Source: Hypanus sabinus (Eukaryota). From it: a DNA stretch of 64,000 bases. Under the pieces are notes generated by a model that saw only the letters and a program-made list of their open reading frames with translations, ran no database searches and was not told the origin of the DNA. The stretch covers positions 175,522,001-175,586,000 of the forward strand of contig NC_082711.1 in the NCBI RefSeq assembly GCF_030144855.1, in the 5' to 3' direction. The position numbers and the translations under genes are program-made. Positions 36,255-50,212 of the stretch are shown here, in pieces. Numbering within the stretch: position 1 is the stretch's first letter; each line of letters starts with the position of its first letter.

Positions 36255-37176
36255 CTAGGAAAAGATAATTAACATGAACTGCCTTTCTTGACTTGTGTTA
36301 GAATGCAGCTGTGTAACTATGGTATACACCAGTTCTATGTAATCTGGTCAATGCTGCAACCCTGGTATTCTCAATCATCAGGCATGGACTCAGGTACATC
36401 TTTTTTTGTTTAAAGACTATATTTCAACTTAAGTTAGGAAGATCTGCAAAACAGCATTCTTCGCCGCAGCCCCCATCCCCCCCCCCCCCCTTTCAGATTA
36501 GCAGGAATGATGATCAACATTCAACTGCTTCTAAGAACATTCAGGAATAAACCTCTGGGACCTAAATGATCTATACTATTCCACCATTCTAGCAACTCTT
36601 TCAAGATGTTGAGGGCCTAAACAAGAAAACAAACATTATCCTTAATTTTGTATTTACAGAAGTGAAGAAGAGGGAGCAGCTTTGGTTAGATTAGCTTTTC
36701 TTTTCTTACTCTGCATGTAGAGATTCCTGTTAGGTACATCTATTAAGTCAAAGAGCATCTATGGAGATAAATGGACAGTTGACACCTGGACATTGACTGT
36801 CGAGTTCCCCCCACACATGCTATTCAGGTTCTGGCTCCAGATTCCAGTGTCTGTGGCTCCACTGGTACATCATTGCTTCAAAGCATGTCAGCCTTTCAAG
36901 CAACCTGGCTAGTGATCAGGAGTCTAAACTGAATTTCACCCACCACCCATCTCCCACCTTGAAGATCCTGAGCCAGCATATTGTTGCCAATCTGCTAATT
37001 TAACAGTAAACCAACAAGAACTGACCAGAATTTTTCCACAGTGACTTTTCCTAATTACTGATTAACAACTTGTGGTTTTAGGATAGGGTCCAGACGGAGT
37101 CAAATTATTATCTTCATTTCTAATGGTTACATCTAAAGACATTTTCGATTAACTAATGTAATGAACAAATACATAC

Positions 37177-37353
37177 GTGTGATGATGGGGTCAATATCTT
37201 GTGCCTGAGTGGCAACATGCGAGGCACAGACTTGTCCGGTCTGAATCAGTAATGAGGTAACGTCATCACAGAGAGGTGGGAAAGCTCGGCAAAAAGACAC
37301 TAAACAAGGCAATGTCGGCATGAAGAAGGCAAACCGTTTAGCCTGGGTCAGCA
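37177..37353 (-). CDS. INTS2: INTS2 coding exon
   Basis: VLTQAKRFAFFMPTLPCLVSFCRAFPPLCDDVTSLLIQTGQVCASHVATQAQDIDPIIT; AG/GT boundaries, phase 1/1. Confidence 0.95.
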
Positions 37354-38158
37354 CTGTACAAAGAAGGAAATGGTTGTTAACACTTCAAAGTTTATCCAAT
37401 ACAAAGGCAGAGCCTCCAAAGATAGGATTTTTAAACAGATCTGTAGCTGAAATGCCCTGCCAGCAGTGGGGGTAGAGGCAGACTCATTAGGGGCATTGAA
37501 GAGACTCGTGGATGACGCACACGGGTGATAGTAAAATGGAGGGCTTTGCAGGACGCAAGTGTTTCATTGGTTTTAGGGTAGGTTACAAGGTTTGGCACAA
37601 TGTGGACCAAGGTACTGTGAATTTGCATTCTGAGTACTGGAATACTCAGGTCAGACAGTATCCATGTGGATAGATCAAAATTAATGTCTCAGGTAAGAAT
37701 CTTTATCTGACCTTTGGATTTTTAGTATTTTTCATTTTGTTTTGGTCACCTTAATCTTAGTTAGCTTCCAGCTTTCCTCAATCTCAACCTCTCCACTTAT
37801 AAACCCATTTCAATGCTGTAGCACTCTGACTCTAATCAATTTGTCACCCAGAATATAGCCTGCTCGTGTGCTATAAATTGTTAAATAAGACTGCTTTCCA
37901 CAATCTTAGTAGCCAAGGTTACGGATTACTGTCTTGATTAATACCTTGCACTAGGCATTAGTGTGCAGTAACCTTACTTGGTTTGTTTTCAAAGCACACT
38001 GTTTTCAACTATTCTGAAGAATTGTGAAAAACTCAAGTAAGGGATACCTACCCCAGTGAGAACTGGACAAAAGTAGCACTTGCATGGAAAGAAACTGATT
38101 TGTGTCGCATTCTCCCCCATATTTCACACTTAAAGCATAGCAGCTCGAAAAATCTCAC

Positions 38159-38264
38159 CTGTCAGTATTGTTCCCATGACGTTGATGGACAAACGTGCTA
38201 CACTGAGAGACTTGGGCAATGCATACTGGATACACAAGTGAGACAGAAGTTGGATGGCAAATAT
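38159..38264 (-). CDS. INTS2: INTS2 coding exon (not shown in the ORF track)
   Basis: tttAG|ATA...G|GTgag; IFAIQLLSHLCIQYALPKSLSVARLSINVMGTILT. Confidence 0.95.
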
Positions 38265-39191
38265 CTAAATGGAGCACAGCAGAACAATTACATTTCACCT
38301 TGACATAAGAGATCTTAGGAATCTGCTTTTGGATCAGGCATAAACTGAGAGATTTACAGTGGGACAGAGCGTATTATCACAGTCTTAAGTCAAGCGAAGC
38401 AAAATTTACTGGGACAATTCTCCAGTTTACCATAGAATAATTCACAAGTAGTTGGCAGCAAATTAACACTTTAGTGCTTCAATATTGAGATTAAGACATG
38501 ATTCTGGGAGAAGCTTTAATCTGCATTAAACCTCTTTTATCCCTGCATGGGAAAGTTTGATGTCAGTATTTCCCTACCCCAGGTAATATTTTTATATTCG
38601 TTGAAAGGACATGGGTATATTGCAAAGGTCTATTTATTCATCACCCCTAAAGTCAATACATTTAAAATAAAGGTCTAATTTAGAGAGGTCAGCATCGATT
38701 ATACAAAGCAAAGCTTTTTGGACATTCAGAATACAATAGTGGCATTACCATACCAACTCCAAATCTATTCTGCAGCTGTTTGATTGAGTTGCTTTCCCCA
38801 TAAGATGACCAGCAGCATCAATATTATAATCACAAGAAATTCTGCAGATGCCAGAAATCCAAAGCAACATACACAAAATGCTGGAGGGACTCAACAGGTC
38901 AGGCAGCTTCGATGGAAAAAGTTGTTTTGGACAGAAGGCCTTCTTCAGGACTGGGAAAGAAGGATGGCTAGAAGGTGATAAGTGAAGCTGGGTGGGTAGA
39001 AATGGTAAAGAGCTGGAGATGAAGGCATCTGACAGGATCATAAGACAAAGGAGGATAGGACCCCAGGGGAGGTGATAAGTAGGTGAGAAGTGGTAAGAGG
39101 TCAGAATGGAGTACAGAAGAGAGGAGGGAATTTTTTCAATTGGAAGGAGAAATCAATATTCATGCCTTCAAGGTGTTGCTCTTTCACTCTG

Positions 39192-40074
39192 AGACTACAT
39201 CCACACTAGACTGGATAATTTTGAAAACGCTGGTTTCACGTAAAAACGATAGGCGACAACATTATGTGTTTTTAAAAATATCTCCGTTCACGTTGGAACG
39301 GAGATTTTGGCGAATCTCCTCCTACTGTGCATGCGCAGGACACATCTACCAAAAACAAGCGACATGTTTGGTGTCGAATCTCGCTGTGAAAGTGTGTTTG
39401 TGTAGTTAGACTGGAAAAACTTAAAATGACACAGCTGTTGGCTTTCGCGCAGGGGAACTTGTAAAAGAAAAACAAATACTGGAGCGTACAGAGGCGACCG
39501 ACAGGGAGTTCACAGACAGGTTGACCCGGCTGTTGATGAACATTGAAAAACTGACTAACTCTGTTGCATTAATAAAGCACCTTGTTAAATGTATAAAACA
39601 CGTCTGCATCAGTGTTACCTTGTATTTCCATACAATGTTACATCAGGCTGTTACACATCTATTGTCAGAGAAGTACTTGCATAAATAGGTAAACCACCTT
39701 CATACAAGCAAGGACAGAAAACAGGGCAAAGTGAGTATACTTACTTATTCAGTAAGTTATGGGTCAAAGTATTTGAGTACATTTCTAACTCCTCTGGCTT
39801 CAGTCTCGTTGCCGTCTGTTCTGAAATTGTTGGGTTGCGTTCAAGGGAACAATGAAATAGCGCGCTGCCGCCTGACAACGTTTTCAGAAGTCTCCGGTTA
39901 CCCCGTCCACACTGCTCCGGCCAATCTGACGTTTTCAAAAATACACACTTTGGAGAACGTTTTTGAAAAGCTCCGGTTTTGGGGGACGAAAACGCCGTTT
40001 TAGTGTGGACGGAGGGTACAAACTGAGAAAAAGCTTCGGTTACAGATTCATCCAATGTAGTGTGGACATAGCCT
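39192..40074. mobile_element. PIF/Harbinger-like non-autonomous DNA transposon
   Basis: TIRs AGACTACATCCACACTA / TAGTGTGGACATAGCCT; flanking 3-mers CTG and CAG (CWG-type, imperfect TSD). Confidence 0.7.
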
Positions 40075-40213
40075 CAGGATGGCATCACTGTGGTTTAAGA
40101 GGCCACGTTGGAATGAGAATCAGAATTAAAATGTTGGGCCACTGGGCAGTTCTGCTTTTGGCTTTTTCTGTTTTTGCTTTTGGAGCAGAGGAGCTTGACG
40201 AAACAGTCCCCCA

Positions 40214-41800
40214 ATGGGACTGAAGGCTGACAAATCCCCAGGTCCAGATGGTCTGCATCCTAGGGTACTAAAGGAGGTGGCCCTGGAAATTGCGGATGCA
40301 TTGGTAATCATTTTCCAATGTTCCTTAGATTCAGGATCAGTTCCTGAGGATTGGAGAATGGCTAATGTTATCCCACTTTTTAAGAAAGGAGGGAGGGAGA
40401 AAACAGAACTATCGACCTGTCAGTCTAACATCAGTAGTGGGGAAGATGCTAGAGTCCATTATTAAAGATGAAATAGTGACATATCTAGATAGCAGTGATA
40501 GGATTGGGCCGAGCCAGCATGGATATACCAAGGGTAAATCATGCTTGACTAATCTATTAGAGTTTTTCCAAGGATGTAACCAGGAAGTTAGACAAGGGAG
40601 ATCCAGTGGATGTAGTGTACCTCGATTTTCAGAAGGCATTTGATAAAGTCCCACATAGGAGATTGGTAGGTAAAGTCAAAGCTCATGGCATTGGGGGGGG
40701 AAGATATTGACATGGATAGAAAACTGGTTGGCAGATAGAAAGCAAAGGGTAGCGGTGAATGGGCGTTTCTCGGAATGGCAGGTGGTGACTAGTGGGGTGC
40801 CACAGGGCTCAGTATTGGGACCACAGCTGTTTACGATTTACATCAACGATTTAGATGAAGGCATTGAGAATAACATCAGCAAGTTTGCTGATGATACTAA
40901 GCTGGGTGGCAGTGTGACGTGATGAGGATGTTAGGAGAATTCAGGGTGACTTGGATAGGCTGGGTGAGTGGGCGGATACTTGGCAGATGACGTTTAATGT
41001 GAATAAGTGTGAGGTTATCCACTTTGGGAGTAAGAACAGGAAGGCAGATTATTATCTGAACGGTGTAAAGTTAGGTAAGGGAGAAATACAAAGAGATCTA
41101 GTTGATCAGTCACTGAAGGTGAATGAGCAAGTGCAGCAGGCAGTGAAGAAGGCTAATGGAATGGTGGCCTTTATTACAAAGGGAATTGAGTACAAGAGCA
41201 AGGAAATCCTCTTGCATTTGTACAGGGCCCTGGTGAGACCACACCTGGAGTATTGTGTACAGTTTTGGTCTCCAGGGTTAAGGAAGGACATCCTGGCTGT
41301 AGAGGAAGTGCAGCATAGATTCACAAGGTTAATTCCTGGGATGTCAGGACTGTCTTACGCAGAGAGGTTAGAGAGACTGGGCTTGTACACGCTGGAATTA
41401 AGGAGATTGAGAGGGGATCTGATTGAAACATATAAGATTATTAAGGGATTGGACAAGATAGAGGCAGGAAATATGTTCCAGATGCTGGGAGAGTCCAGTA
41501 CCAGAGGGCATGGTTTGAGACTAAGGGGTAGGTCATTTAGGACAGAGTTAAGGAAAAACTTCTTCTCCCAGGGAGTTGTGGGGGTGTTGAATGCACTACC
41601 TCGGAAGGCAGTGGAGGCCAATTCTCTGGATGCTTTCAATAAGGAGCTAGATAAGTATCTTATGGATAGGGGAATCAAGGGATATGGGAACAAGGCAGGA
41701 ACCGGGTATTGATAGTAGATGATCAGCCATGATCTCAAAATGGCAGTGCAGGCTTGAAGGGCCGAATGGTTTACTTCTGCACCTATTGTCTACTGTCTAA
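40214..41800 (+). mobile_element. Relatively young CR1-type LINE (RT to 3' end)
   Basis: [48 protein letters not shown] and a 253-aa C-terminal ORF; few frameshifts. Confidence 0.94.
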
Positions 41801-43544
41801 CTTATGATGAGTCTCACCAATGTAGAGGCCACATGGGAACACAATAGATGATGTCAGCAGACTGTTTCGGGCCATAAATGGAAGTGAGGGAGATGAATGG
41901 GCAGGTGTACCACTTTGGTCACTTGCAGAGATAAGTGCCGTGAGGGAGAGGAGTTGGAAGTAATGAATGGACAAGGGAATCACCGAGCAATCCCTGCAGA
42001 AAGTGGGGGTAAGTAAAGATGTGATTAGCAGTAGGATTTACACAGATGTTGCCAGGGCTCTGAGAAATAGTGAAAGGTAGAATAGATTAGAACTTTATTT
42101 GCCAGAGCGTAGGAGAATGAGAATAGATCTTAAAGAGATATACAAATCTATGAGGAGTTTAGTTAGGATAAATGCAAGCAAATTATTTTTCTATTGAGGT
42201 TAGGTGAGACTACAACTAGAGGTCATAGGTTAAGGGTGAAATGTTTCAGGGGAGCCTGAAGGGGAACTTGTTCACTCAGGATGGTGAGAACTTGGAATGA
42301 GCTGTCAGCAGAGATGGTGAATGTGGGCTCAATTACAACACTTGAGGTTTGGAAAAGTGCATGCATGGATGAGAGGGGTATGGAGGGCTATGGACTGGGT
42401 GCGAGTAGATGGGACTAGGCAGAAAACAGGTGAGTATGGACTAGATAGACCGAAGGGCCTGTTTCTGTACTGTACTGCTCTGTGGCTCCGGATCCCTTTG
42501 GAGATGGCAGATGTTGTGGATGGTGGTGTGCTGAAGATAGAGGCTCATGGGGGTGGTATGCAAGAACAAGAAGAACTCCCACTCTTAAGGTGGCAGAAGG
42601 ATGGGGTAAACACTGACTTTTGGGAAAAGGAGAAGCATATGAGGGCAGCATCAAGGGAGGAGGAAGGGAAACTCAGTTCTTTGGAGGAGGAGGACAACTC
42701 TGTCCCAGAAAGGAAAGCCTCATCCTGGGTGGGAAGAGGCATAATCACGATGGCTGCGGGAACTGGTAGGTTTATAAAAGATGTTGGTTGACAGTTTGTC
42801 TCCAGAGGTGGAGACAGCAATCAAGAAAGGGGAGGGAGGTGTCAGAAATAGATAAAGTGAATTCAAGGGACGGTGGAAATTGGAACCAAGGAGTAAAGAA
42901 TGGAGTCGAGGTATGAAGACACTAGTTGAGTGAGGCAGGAACAGGCAAAGACAATGGGCCTACCCAGAGAGTCAAGTTTGTAGATCTTGGGTAGGAGGTA
43001 GAATTGAACAGTGTAGGGTTAGCAAACTATGAATTTAGTGGCAGTGAATGGGAATTCTGCAGGGTTGATAAGGTCAGTGATGGTGGTGAACAGTTTTCTG
43101 ACGGTCTGAGAGTTGCTGCCTGACCTCAGCAAGGTAGAGGTAAGGCCACTGTACTACAGCAGCACTCTCTTTCTCTGTAGGTTTGATGGCAAGGTTGGAA
43201 TTGGTGCAGAGTGGAGGGCAGTGCATTCAGAGGGGGTAAGGTTTGAGGAGGCACCACACCAAAATCATATCAGATTGGTCGGTACCAAATCACCTCTGAG
43301 AACCTATGATGTTTTTGTTGTCTGGTAACAGACACACAGAATTTCATTCCTGATAAAATTTATCTACTTTGTGTCAACAGTAAATCAAGACAGTAATGGT
43401 CAAGTGTTGGTAAAAAACCATTTAAATTTAAATGCTGCTGAAACATTTTCTCTGAATGATATTTGACTGCTTTTTTGGAATACAGAAAACCAGACTAAAC
43501 GATATCCGGTTTAATTATGTGCATATCGTAAGTGAGCTGAACTA

Positions 43545-44015
43545 CATGTAGTGGCCACTTGTACATCTGCTCATTAATGCAAATATCTAATCAGCCAATC
43601 TTGCAGCAGCAACTTAATGCACAAAAGCATGCAGACATGATCAAGAGATTCAGTTGTTGTTTACACCAAACATCAGAATGGGGAAGAAACATGACTTTGA
43701 CCCTGGAATGATTGCCGGTGCCAGACAAGGTGGTTTGAATATTGCAAAAACTGCTGATCTCCTGGGATTTTCAAGCACAACAGTCTCTGTCTAGAGTTTT
43801 CAGAGAATGGTGCGAAAAAAAAGAGATATCCAATAAGCAGCAGTTCTGTGGGTGAAAATGCCTTGTTAATGAGAGAGGTCAGAGGAGAATGACCAGATTG
43901 GTTCAAAATGACAGGAAGATGACAATAACTCAAATAACCACGCATTGCAACAGTACTGTGCAGAAGAGCATCTCTGAACACACAACACGTCGAATTTTGA
44001 AGTGGAATCTGAGTG
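43545..44015 (+). mobile_element. Tc1-like transposase N-terminal fragment (family D)
   Basis: MGKK...GMIAGARQGGLNIAKTADLLGFSSTTVS and MTRLVQNDRKMTITQITT (paired-like HTH region). Confidence 0.78.
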
Positions 44016-44141
44016 TATATAAAATACATTTAACTATATGTCTATTGTTTCTTTCATTCACTCATTTCATTTGTTGAGCCTACCAGTTATACAATACTGT
44101 ATGTAACTACAATAATTGTATTTCAGTGGACCCTGAGTTAC

Positions 44142-44249
44142 CTGCTTCTCCAGTTGTGGTTGTGCCAGGAGTTCAGGAATAAAGTCCAGGCATATGTGAA
44201 TGGAGGGAATTCCAGCCACAGTCAGGGGCAATAGCTCACTTGGGTAACC
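44142..44249 (-). CDS. INTS2: INTS2 coding exon
   Basis: GYPSELLPLTVAGIPSIHICLDFIPELLAQPQLEKQ; phase 0/0. Confidence 0.96.
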
Positions 44250-45016
44250 CTGTGAAAACAAATTTTGTTCAAACTCAAGAATCGTCGCATAGAAAAAGTC
44301 TTCAGGTAATATGTGGAAAGGGGAGAACCGAACAGGGAGAGAAGCAGCTGACTTCATCTGCTTCCTGATCAGAGTTTAAAAAAAACAGGATTAAATTAAC
44401 AATTGTTATTGAACATATTTGTTTAACACCAAGTTTTATGCCTGTCCCCAATTACTGTTTTATGAATCCTGATGGCCCTACTTTCGTTCGCTGCAGAATT
44501 GGATGCAGGTATTGATTCTGAAGTTTGAGCTGTAGCTGCCTCAGTCAATTCATCTGGTTCCTTGACCCACGCAAACTTGCATAATACAATAAACACCACA
44601 TGGAGAAACACCTTGAACCACAACATGTGTCTGCTGCATAAACCCTGATACTTGGGCAAGTATCTAACTGGATCACAGGCAGTACTCTCAGCTCAGATAG
44701 GCCAGAGAACCAAACAAGTACTGCACTGTGGACGGCATTTCTTTCTACCGGGAGTTTATAATGGAGTCCAGGTACTATTCCCAGCTACCACCAAAATTGA
44801 TTTTCCTCCTCTCTGCTGTGATGTGACGAATAAAACAATGACAATATTACAAAAGTACTGGTGTTTTGACATCCTGAGGTTGTGAAATATGTAAGATAAT
44901 GTAACATCTGCAGTGTATAGATCAGCTTAACAACACCTCTGCCTATCACAATTAAGGCAGCACTTCTTTTAAAACTTTAAGGTAAAGCCATAATTGTGCA
45001 ATGTCAGTTTTCCAGG

Positions 45017-45187
45017 AACTCAGCAGGTAAGGCAGCATCATGGACAGGAATAAACAGTCAACATTTTGGGCCAAGACCCTTCATCAAGACATTTATTATT
45101 TTTCTCCATAGATGCTGCCTGACCTGCTGAGTCCTTCTAGAATTGCATGTGGGTTTCTCTGAATTTCCAGTATCTGCAGAATCTCCT
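45017..45187. mobile_element. Family-B terminal-repeat mini-insert (inverted arms plus decayed hammerhead)
   Basis: 10-bp direct repeat GTTTTCCAGG at 45007 and 45188; - strand reads gtc-tTGATGA-aGGGTcttgGCCC-aAAAt-GTT-gac. Confidence 0.72.
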
Positions 45188-45681
45188 GTTTTCCAGGTTG
45201 GTTTCACTGACTCAGCCTGCAGCACAAATTAACTAGCTAAATGACTAAATGTAAACTTCATGACAATTATCAGTAATAATAAACCTGATTCTGACTGATT
45301 ACATTCTTACTTTCTGTATCTTTAATGCCATCATGTTTATGGACTACAAACATCACCAACACAGGATTTCAGCACCTGATGCTAGCTGAAATTTCAATGC
45401 AGTGTGAAAGTGGTGCTGCAGAGTTGAGATGCCACAGTTTGATCAAATAACTAAATCAAGAATACCCCCACCAAATTGCTCTATGGTTCAGCTGACAGTA
45501 CACACCATTTGGTTAATTGTTACTTCTTTCAGTGTTCCAACCTTATCAGATGATACCAATCTTATTGCTATTCAGTTCACAGGGCTGCTACATAATAAGA
45601 GCACAGAACTTAAGAAATAATTTTGTTCTGTGAAGCTCTGGGCCATTTACGAGTATAATTTGAGAAATAAGCTGCACTGAC

Positions 45682-45918
45682 CTGAAAGTGAACAAGTTTG
45701 GCAATATTTGGATCTGCAATGAACAACTGATGCAGGAGACAGCAAATGAGACACTGCACCTCCCGGACATTGCTCAGTAAAGTGTCCTGACTGTCCTCAG
45801 AGCATTCAGATAGACCACCTGTTTGGTCCAGTGGTTCCAGAAACCTTGCAGCACCACAAGACCTCTCTTCTTCAGTAGGTAAGCAGATCTCCAGCAGAAT
45901 CTGAACGGCTGCACTGTC
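45682..45918 (-). CDS. INTS2: INTS2 coding exon
   Basis: DSAAVQILLEICLPTEEE...NVREVQCLICCLLHQLFIADPNIAKLVHFQ; 79 codons between AG and GT. Confidence 0.96.
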
Positions 45919-46480
45919 CTGTAAAGAGAACACCACTGAACATTGAAAGAAAAAAATATTACCATGTAAAGGCCACAAATACCTGCCCTCTCACTTTATT
46001 TGGGGGTATTGGTAGCACTGTATCAGATATTCTCTTCACATCAAAATTCATTTAAAAGCCATGACGCAAGTGCACACAGGTCAGCATGGTATCGTAGTAT
46101 TACAGCACCAGTCACTTGAATTCTGCTGCTGCCTGGAAGGAGCTTGTACATTCTCCTCGAGACCATGCAGGTTTCCTTCAGATTTCCCCCCGACGTTATA
46201 AAGACATACGGGTTGGGGCCTGTTACCATACTATACCTCTAAATAAAATAAAACAAGTGCGTGCATGCACACATTTCATACCAGGAAAGTCAGCAATCTG
46301 CGGCTCTTTCAGCTGCTCAAAATACCTTTGTTTGAAACACAACCATCTCAAAAATCTTTCCCTCACACCATGATCATATTTGCAATTACCCAGACTTCAG
46401 CCAAAACCTTCCTGCACATTCATTTCAGACTACTCTCCAGATCGTACCTAAGAGGCTATTGCATAATACAGCATTATTAC

Positions 46481-46682
46481 CTGGGCTGACAATAAGGCAT
46501 TTTTCAGTTCCTCTCTTGTGACCTCTGGAGTGTCAGGCTGCCCCACAATCCCCATTGTATTGTTCTGATACAGCTTGGTGTCCTGGTCCGCATTTTCCTT
46601 GAGGTGGGCACTCAGATAGGCCTTTGAGGCCAGAAGGTATCCATTGAGCATGTGCAAGGTAATGTCCATTAGTGGTGGACAC
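46481..46682 (-). CDS. INTS2: INTS2 coding exon
   Basis: CPPLMDITLHMLNGYLLASKAYLSAHLKE...PEVTREELKNALLSAQ. Confidence 0.96.
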
Positions 46683-46899
46683 CTAAAGTTAAAACACAAA
46701 CATATAAAACACTAGAATATTAGGATTTCCCCGTAACAGATGCTGTGGAATATCATAACTATAAGGAAACTACTTAATGTTCCAGTGAAGCATTACTATG
46801 GCCCCAAGAGCACCAGCTGATTGGAGTGTGACAAATATTACTTACTTTCTTCAAGGTAATTGGGTTAGTACTGGGAATTATAAAGCCAGTGAGTCTTTC

Positions 46900-49000
46900 T
46901 CATGTTCATAAAATCAAGAAATATAGGATCCAGGGAAACTTGACTGCATGGATTTAGAATTTGCTTGCCTGCAGAAGGCGGAGGGTAGTAATAGATGGTA
47001 TGCCTGGACATCAGTGACCAGTGGTGTCCTGCAATGATCTGTTCTGGCACCCCTGCTACTTATGATTTTTATAAATGACTTGCATGAGGAAGTACAAAGG
47101 TGGGTTAAGACATGAAGAGTTGTGCAAAGTGAAGGTTTCAGAAGTTACAACAGGACATTGATAGGGTGCAGAGCTGGGCTGTGAAATAATAGATGGTGTT
47201 CAATCTAGAAAAGTGAGGATCCTCAGCAGTGTGGAGGAATGGAGGGATCTTGAGGTCCACATCCATAAAGTGGTGCTCGAAAGTTTGTGAACCCTGTAGA
47301 ATTTTCTCTATTTCTGTACTTTCACACGAATCCTAAAACTAATGACAGAACCAAATTAAATAATACTAAAACATTACACTGTTCATTTATTTGAGAAAAA
47401 TATCCACTATTACATCTTTTTGTTGGAAAAAGTATGTGAACCTTCACTTTCAATAACTGATGTGAGCCCCTTGTAGAGCAATAAATTCAATCAAATGTCT
47501 CTGGTAACTGTTGACTAGTCCTGCACATCAGTTTGAGTCGTTTCTCCTTACAAAATGGCTTCAACTCTGGGATGTTGGTGGGCATCCTTGCATGAATTGC
47601 TTGCACAAGGTCCTTCCACAACATTTCTGTAGGATCAAGGTCAGGACTTTGACTCTGCCATTCCAAAACACTAATTTTCTTCTTTTTAAACCATTCTGTT
47701 GTTGATTTACTCGTCTTTTGGATCACTGTCTTGTTGTATTATCTAACTTCTATTAAAAGCTTCAGATTACGGACTGCTACCTTGGCATTGTTCCCTCATG
47801 ATTGCAAGCTGTCCAGGCCCCGAGGCAGCAAAGCAGCCCCAAACCATCACGCTCCTCCCACCATGCTTCAGTGTGGATGGGGTTTTGGTGTTGATGTGCA
47901 GTGTCCTTTATCCTCCAAACATAGCAATGTACATTTCTGCTATATCTGTCCACAGAACGTTGTCCCAGGAGTGTTGCAGGTGATCTTTTGCAAACTTACA
48001 AAGTGCAGCAATTTTGTTTTGGAGAGCAGTTGTTTGTCTGTGGTGTCCTTCCATGAACACCATTCTTGTTCAGTGTTTTTCTTAAAGTGGGCACATGAAC
48101 AGAGACTTCAGCAAGTTCTAGAAATTTCTGCAGGTCTTTTGCTATTACCCTTGGGTTCTTTTTCACCTCTTTCAGCATTGCATCTTGTGGTCTTGGTGTG
48201 ATCTTTGCAGGATGCTCGCTCCTAGGGAGAATAGCAACTGTACTGAGTTTTCTCCATTTGTGGACAATTTCTCTTACTGTGGACTGATGAACACGCGAGT
48301 CTTTAGAAATGCTTTTGTAGCCTTTTCCAGCTTCGTGCATCTCTACAATTCCTCTTCTAAGGTCCTCTGAAAGTTGTTTTGATCAAGGCATGTTGCACAT
48401 AAAGACATCTTTCTTGAGAAGAGCAGGCTGTCAATAACCTGTCTTTTTTATAGGGCAGGACACTTCTACAACCCACACCTCCAATCTCATCTCATTGATT
48501 GGAACACACGACTCCAAATAGCTTTTATAGAAGGCTTTACCCAAGAGGTTCACATACTTTTCCAATACATGTAATATTGGACTATTTTTCTCAATAAATA
48601 AATGAACAAGTATATTTTTAGTGTTATTTATTTAATTTGGTTCTCTTTTTCTTGTTTTAGGATTTATGTGAAGAGCACCATTGCACCACTATAGATCGCT
48701 CAAAGTTGCTGCGCAAGTTGATGATGTGGTTAAGGTGACATGTGGTGTGTTGGCCTTCATTAGAAGAGATGTCAGATGCAGTGTTCTTTTTAAAAATACA
48801 GAGTGAATGGAACACACTGCCAAGAGTGATTATGGTAGAGGCAGATACATTAGGGACATTTAAATGACTCTTAAATACACATCTAGATGAAAGAGAAGTG
48901 GTGGGCTATGTGGGAGGGAAGGGTAGATTGACCTTGGAGTAGGTTTAAAAAGTTGACACAACAATGTGGGCCAAAGGGTCTGCACGGAGCTGCACTATGT
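46900..49000 (+). mobile_element. Old CR1 relic hosting a Tc1 insertion
   Basis: gtgaccagtggtgtcct..., ataaatgacttgcatgagg; sequence is continuous across the Tc1 (catccaTA|gatcgctcaaagttg). Confidence 0.7.
47268..48691 (-). mobile_element. Tc1-like transposon (family B), second copy
   Basis: Same termini and body as 11317-12822; MHEAGKGYKSISK..., WQSQSPDLDPTEMLW; TA on both sides. Confidence 0.88.
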
Positions 49001-49009
49001 ATGCATATA

Positions 49010-49270
49010 CAGTGGCATGCAAAAGGTTGGGCATCCCTGGTCAAAATTTCTGTTACTCTGAATAGTTAAGTGAGTAGAAGATGAACTGATCTCCAGTTTT
49101 AATTTTCAAAGTGCTGGGCAGCTGCTTAGAGGAGCCCATGACTGCTGATTGTTGGGATAAGGTTTGAGGTCAGGGTATAAAGCTTTGAAATGTTCCCACC
49201 CCCTGGCTTTTCCTAACAATGACTGTGAACAAGCCATAGCCCTATCAAGCTAATTAAGGTCTGACACCTT
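49010..49270 (-). mobile_element. Internally deleted Tc1 family A fragment
   Basis: TIR nearly identical to 6752-6830; contains MGSSKQLPSTLKIK start (ATG at 49137-49139 on -). Confidence 0.85.
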
Positions 49271-50212
49271 TTTTTCCATAGATGCTGCCTGGCCTGCTGA
49301 GTTCATCCAACATTTTGTGTGTATTGCTCAGATTTCTGGCATCTGCAAATTTTCTCTTGTTTGGGATGAAGCTCAAGAATTAGGTAAATGGACTTCAGGA
49401 GTGCAAGTAAGAAACATTTCTCCATATAAACTGTGGTAAAAGACTTACACATTGCTGATTTGAAATCAAAAGACATATAAGCCTTTTGTTAACCAAAGGT
49501 ATTAAGGGATATGAACCAACAATAGATATATGGAGTGTGGCCAGAGATGAGCAACTGCTTCATTCAATGACGAAGTCTGATTAGTGGTAGAAGCAGATAC
49601 GATAACTGTGTTTAAGGGGCTTGTAGACAGGCATGTGAAAATGCAGGGATTGGAGGGAAAAAGATCATACGAAGAAAATAGAGATTTAGTTTAATTTGGC
49701 AGACATCATAGGTCAAAAGGCCTGTCCTTGTGCTGTACTGATCCATGTTTAGATTCAGATTTATCACATGCAAATGAAAACATACAGTGAAATGCACCCT
49801 TTGCACATCTAAGGACGTGCTGGGGGAAGCCTGCAAGTGTTGGCACACATTCCAGCACCAACATAGCGTACTCACAATACTTGACAGAACACAACAAGCA
49901 AAGTAACAATAGCAAAACAAGCCCATTTTCCCTCCCACTCACCCACACACGGACAGGCTTCCAGTCTCTAGCCTCTAACTGAGCAGTCCCAGTAATATGG
50001 ACGGCTCTTAAATCTGAAGTGACCCTGCAACTCACTGTCCGTCTTTTTCACAGATCAATCCAGGATGGAGAAGAAAGAAGGACCAGAAGTGCACTGGAGT
50101 ATTTAGGAACAAAAGGGTACTTGGCCGAACAAGTCCATCACTTTTCATTTTGAACTCATGAGAAACAACATAGGACACTGAGTGTTGGAGTGATTCGCGG
50201 CCAGTGTCTTAC

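Larger units (their letters stand above)
38835..43260 (-). mobile_element. Decayed long Penelope-like element (family B) hosting nested insertions
   Basis: Terminal repeat with decayed hammerhead core at about 38925-38952; GIY-YIG remnant CGLYIGETHHKL (about 41810-41850); RT/linker remnant QDEAFLSGTELSSSSKELSFPSSSLDAAL (42545-42820). Confidence 0.72.

Noticed and set aside
44423-44885. Intronic ORFs of 77-78 aa in apparently non-repetitive sequence
   Set aside because: No recognisable homology or supporting splice signals; lengths are expected by chance
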